From Squalus acanthias (lineage: Eukaryota), in NCBI GenBank assembly GCA_030390025.1, contig CM059432.1, positions 130,016,001-130,080,000 on the forward strand: a stretch of DNA of 64,000 bases, in the 5' to 3' direction. The notes beneath the pieces are model-generated. The model was given only the letters and a program-made list of their open reading frames with translations. It did not search any database and was not told the DNA's origin. Each line of letters starts with the position of its first letter. Positions within the stretch are counted from its first letter, which is position 1. Made by a program: the position numbers and the translations under genes. Below are positions 60,709-64,000 of the stretch, in pieces.

Positions 60709-62444
60709 ATGGAGAGGGTGAGAGAACGAGCTGAGCGCTTCACCGAGCGGGCCTTGGATGCTCTGGTTGGCGCGGTGGAGCGCCGAAGACCAATACTGTA
60801 CCCAGAGAGTGGCAGGAGGCCTTTGCCGCGCGACTACAGAAGAGTGTGGAGGGAGGTGGCTCAGCGCGTCTCCTCCAGGAGCATGGTGCCCAGGACCCAT
60901 GTCCAATGCCGGAAAAAGTTCAACGACCTCACTCGGGTCGTCAGGGTGAGTGGCTTTTTTGCAATACCTCTCCATCCCTCCATCTCAACCTCACTCTATG
61001 GCCAGAGGGTCTTAAAACCACAATTAACAACACTCATCCAACACCTATGGCCCTTTCATGAAGCACGCACACACATTCCATACTTTGCATACAGTAAGGG
61101 CTATTCACCTATGGGAGGCACATCAGGCAAGACCATGGCTGTATATTTACTCAGACGCCGTCCTTTTTCTTGCAGGCCAAGCTGGCGCATAATAGGAGAC
61201 AGCAGCAACGGACGGGTAGAGGGCGGCCTCAGCTGCAACCCCTCAGCGATCTTGAGGAGCGCGTCCACAGGATTGTGGCAAGCCGGGTGATCGGTCCCGT
61301 CGTCACTGGAGACGCCGACCCCGTTCTGGACAGCAATGGTAAGGTCATCACCTTTTTGTCCTCTGTCCTTCCACTTGTCCCTCACAATACCAGCCTTTGA
61401 CACTTTCAATCCAACTTACTAACTCGCTGCACTTATTCCTCCCTTACTGCCACCCTGTCCTCACGCTAAAGCCACTCTTGTACCTCCCTGCTTTCAGATG
61501 GTGATTCACCAGCTGAGGAGACGGGCCCTGAAGCTGCCAGTGGGAGTGAAGCTGCAGCCGAGGAGGAAGAGGAAGCCGGAGCATCAGTGCCACCCTCTCC
61601 CGAGGAAGCCCATGCCGACACTGGGAACACGCCTTCCCTGGAGGGGAGCAGGGGGGAAGGGTCTGATGAGGGTGAAGCTCCAGGACCCAGCGGGCTGCAG
61701 CAATGCGATGGGGGTAGGGAAGCTCGGGGGCCTTCTCCCCGGAGGGAGAGTATGCCAGCGAGTCCTGCTGCACTGGACGCAGAGGAGGAGCGGCTGATCG
61801 CGGAAATGAACACCCAGGCGGTGGGCATGCACACTGAGCTCATGGCTGCAGTGGGTAGGGTGCCCGAATGCATTGAAGCACTGGCAAGGAGTGTGGAGCA
61901 CTTCGCTGCAGCGCAGGCGGATGCGACACTGAAGCTCAGTGCTGCAATTCAATCTCAGACTGCTCTCATGCAGACTCAGATTGAGGTCACGCGAGCACTG
62001 TCTGCTGCCATCCTCGCTGGTTCATTCACATTTCCCCGGGGCTCTCACCGCGCCGCAGCAGGCCAGCAATCTGTGCTCCAGCAGATTGCTCCGGATGCTG
62101 AGGTGCTGCCCCGTGGGAGTGCCAGTGTGCCGGTCGAGCAGGGAGTTGCTGTCCTCGCTCAAGATGACAGCATTCCTGCTGCCACCACTGTCACTTCTCC
62201 ACTGCAGTTGCCACCGCCTGTAGGACAGACTGCTGCCGCCCATGCAGAGTTGGTGCAGTCTGCAGCCGGGCCCTCCAGGCCCAGAACTGGTCGAGGCCGT
62301 CCCTCAAGGGCATCTGCATTGTCAGGGCCTGACAGTCAGCAGCCTTCCACCAGCCTTGCTGCAGCCACTGAGGTCCCATTGCGGAGGAGCAGTAGGGTAA
62401 GAAGGGGGGAAGGGCGCACGGGAAGGAGTTCACCCTCGATGTAG
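60709..62444 (+). CDS. Harbinger Myb/SANT-like DNA-binding protein, 3 exons (60709-60945, 61176-61338, 61498-62444), 448 aa, open frame
   Basis: Exons of 237+163+947 = 1347 nt join in frame through canonical GT-AG sites. SANT-like motif RFTERALDALV...WREVAQRV...RTHVQCRKKFNDL, an acidic linker, a helical middle and a basic C-terminus. Confidence 0.88.
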
Positions 62445-62471
62445 GAGGTGTGACAAAATGCTGGTCATTTT

Positions 62472-62627
62472 TTTATTAAAGGCCGAGGTTCGTGGTCAAA
62501 CTTTTGTTGAGTGTTTTGCACATGATCTCCAGGTTGTGAGAACCAGTTATGGTAATGACTGTTTTTTTGTGTTTATTTGTATGAGTTTGTCATGAAGAAA
62601 TGACACACACAGAGTTTGTAAAATAAA
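62472..62627. terminator. Poly(A) signals for both convergent genes
   Basis: TTTATTAAA at 62472-62480 works on both strands, TTTATT at 62572 (-) and AATAAA at 62622 (+). All are conserved in the sister copy at about 43279-43438. Confidence 0.55.
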
Positions 62628-62668
62628 TAAGTTTTGGTACTCAAAATATACATGTTTGGTGTTTGGAA

Positions 62669-62854
62669 TCATTGGTGCCTTGGCCGGCTTAGGGGTTGCG
62701 TGTTGGGTTCATTCATGCTGTTCTCAATGGCAGAAGCCATTTCCACAGCAGGGGCCGAGAAGCGGCTTGCTATCAGCCGCTGACGGACGGCCCTTGTAGT
62801 TTCACCATTGTGAGCCGCCCTCACGCCTTGGTGCTGCTGCTGATCATCCTCCTC

Positions 62855-62885
<31 letters not shown>

Positions 62886-63916
62886 GGTGGTGCTCCAAGG
62901 CCTGGTGGCATTGGCTGGGTCCTGAGGATTGCCATGTTATGCAGCATGCAGCACACAACTACGATGTTGGAAACTCGCTCAGGCGAGTACTGCAGGGCTC
63001 CTCCAGAATGGTCGAGACAGCGGAACCGTTGCTTGAGCACGCCGATTGTGTGCTCCACGATGTTCCTGGTAGCTTGATGGCTCTCGTTGTACCGCAGCTC
63101 AGCAGGGGTGTTGGGCGTACGGAGCGGTGTCATCAGCCAGGTGCTCAGTGGATACCCCTTGTCCCCGAGAAGCCAACCAACTGGCTGATGCGGTGCCTCG
63201 AAAAGTTCTGCCACAGTAGTCTGGCGCAGGATGAAAGCATCGTGGCAGCTGCCAGGATAGTGGGCATTGACAGCGAGTATCAGCTGTCTGTGGTCACAGA
63301 CCAACTGAACATTCAAGGAATGGAACCCCTTTCTGTTCCGGAAATCCTCGGCATTCTCATGCGGAGCACGCAAAGCCACATGCGTGCAGTCAATGGCGCC
63401 CTGCACCATGGGGAAGCCCGCTATCCTCGCAAAGCCCAGAGCGCGTTCTTGCTACTTGTCTGGGGTCATGGGGAAAGAGATGAACTCTCGTCTCCTTTTA
63501 AAGAGGGCATTTGTGACCTTCCTGATGCAGCAATGCACCGCGAACTGGGAGATATTGGCGATGTCCCCAACAGCAGATTGAAATGAGCCAGTAGCATAAA
63601 AGTTCAGAGCCACTGTGACCTTCACTGCCACCGACAGAGACGTCCTGGACCTCAGTTGAGGCTGCAGATCTGGCTGCAGCAGGTGGCAGAGCTCAGTGAC
63701 CACCTCCTTGCTGAAGCGCAGCCTTCGCAGACACTGCTCCTCAGACATATGAATGTAGGAGAGCTGTTCACGATATACCCTGGGAGGGTAAGCTCTCCTG
63801 TACAGACGCCTGTTGGCCCTCCTCCGTCTGGCCATCATTGCCACTCTCTCTCTGCGTCTCTGTCTCCTCCGATTCAGCTGGCGCAGGACGACGCCCCCCA
63901 TCAGTGCAGCCCCCAT
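62669..63916 (-). pseudogene. HARBI1-like DDE transposase, full length with a single in-frame TAG (63452-63454)
   Basis: ORFs 63452-63928 and 62669-63409 share a frame ([23 protein letters not shown]). The triad GAIDCTH / LLGDKGYP / NIVEHTIG is intact. Confidence 0.93.
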
Positions 63917-64000
63917 ATCTCTTAGCAAGCAAAGTTATGAAGGCCAGAAACCAAAGTACCAGCGAAGTTAGGATGAGTAGCCAAAACTACCTCACACAGC

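Larger units (their letters stand above)
60415..64000. mobile_element. Near-intact autonomous-type Harbinger, continuing beyond the window
   Basis: TTA followed by GGGGGAAAAATT, with a convergent Myb gene (+) and transposase (-). Confidence 0.95.

Noticed and set aside
63452..63454. Programmed stop-codon read-through in the transposase (TAG CAA)
   Set aside because: The homologous position is a sense codon in the other transposases in the window. A single substitution, probably CAG>TAG, is the simpler explanation.
62696..63586. 296-aa + strand ORF with a hydrophobic Leu run
   Set aside because: It is the antisense shadow of the transposase, and the Leu run mirrors the poly-Glu codons.
60709..63916. 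Host HARBI1 or NAIF1/MSANTD genes
   Set aside because: The ORFs lie inside a TIR-bounded element with a close sister copy in the same window, so they are transposon genes and no symbol is assigned.
1..64000. tRNA, rRNA or other structured RNA genes
   Set aside because: None were recognised. The SINE copies appear to lack their Pol III heads, and the hairpins seen belong to transposon ends.

Overview
This is eukaryotic, repeat-dense DNA with no recognisable host protein-coding gene. The repeat repertoire (CR1 LINEs, L2 LINEs, Deu-domain SINEs) points to a cartilaginous fish such as a shark; this is an inference. The window is dominated by PIF/Harbinger DNA transposons. About ten large elements from several families carry a convergent three-exon Myb/SANT-like gene and/or a HARBI1-like DDE transposase, and many MITEs share the GGNNNNRATTTT/GGGGTAAAAATT-type termini and 3-bp TSDs. 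Counting nested inserts, more than half the window lies inside Harbinger-type TIR pairs. The youngest family has four members here. One is a copy at 60415->64000 with an intact spliced 448-aa Myb/SANT ORF and a transposase broken by a single TAG. One is a deletion derivative with intact ends and a TTA TSD (42428-45644). The other two are MITEs (31081-31617, 49701-50473). Together they are nearly enough to reconstruct the whole two-component system. Also present: a Gypsy 3' end with PPT and LTR, a probable solo LTR, a Tigger-like MITE, four-level nested insertions, a G-rich minisatellite and a two-template inverted insertion scar. All coordinates were read by eye, and family names were not checked against databases.
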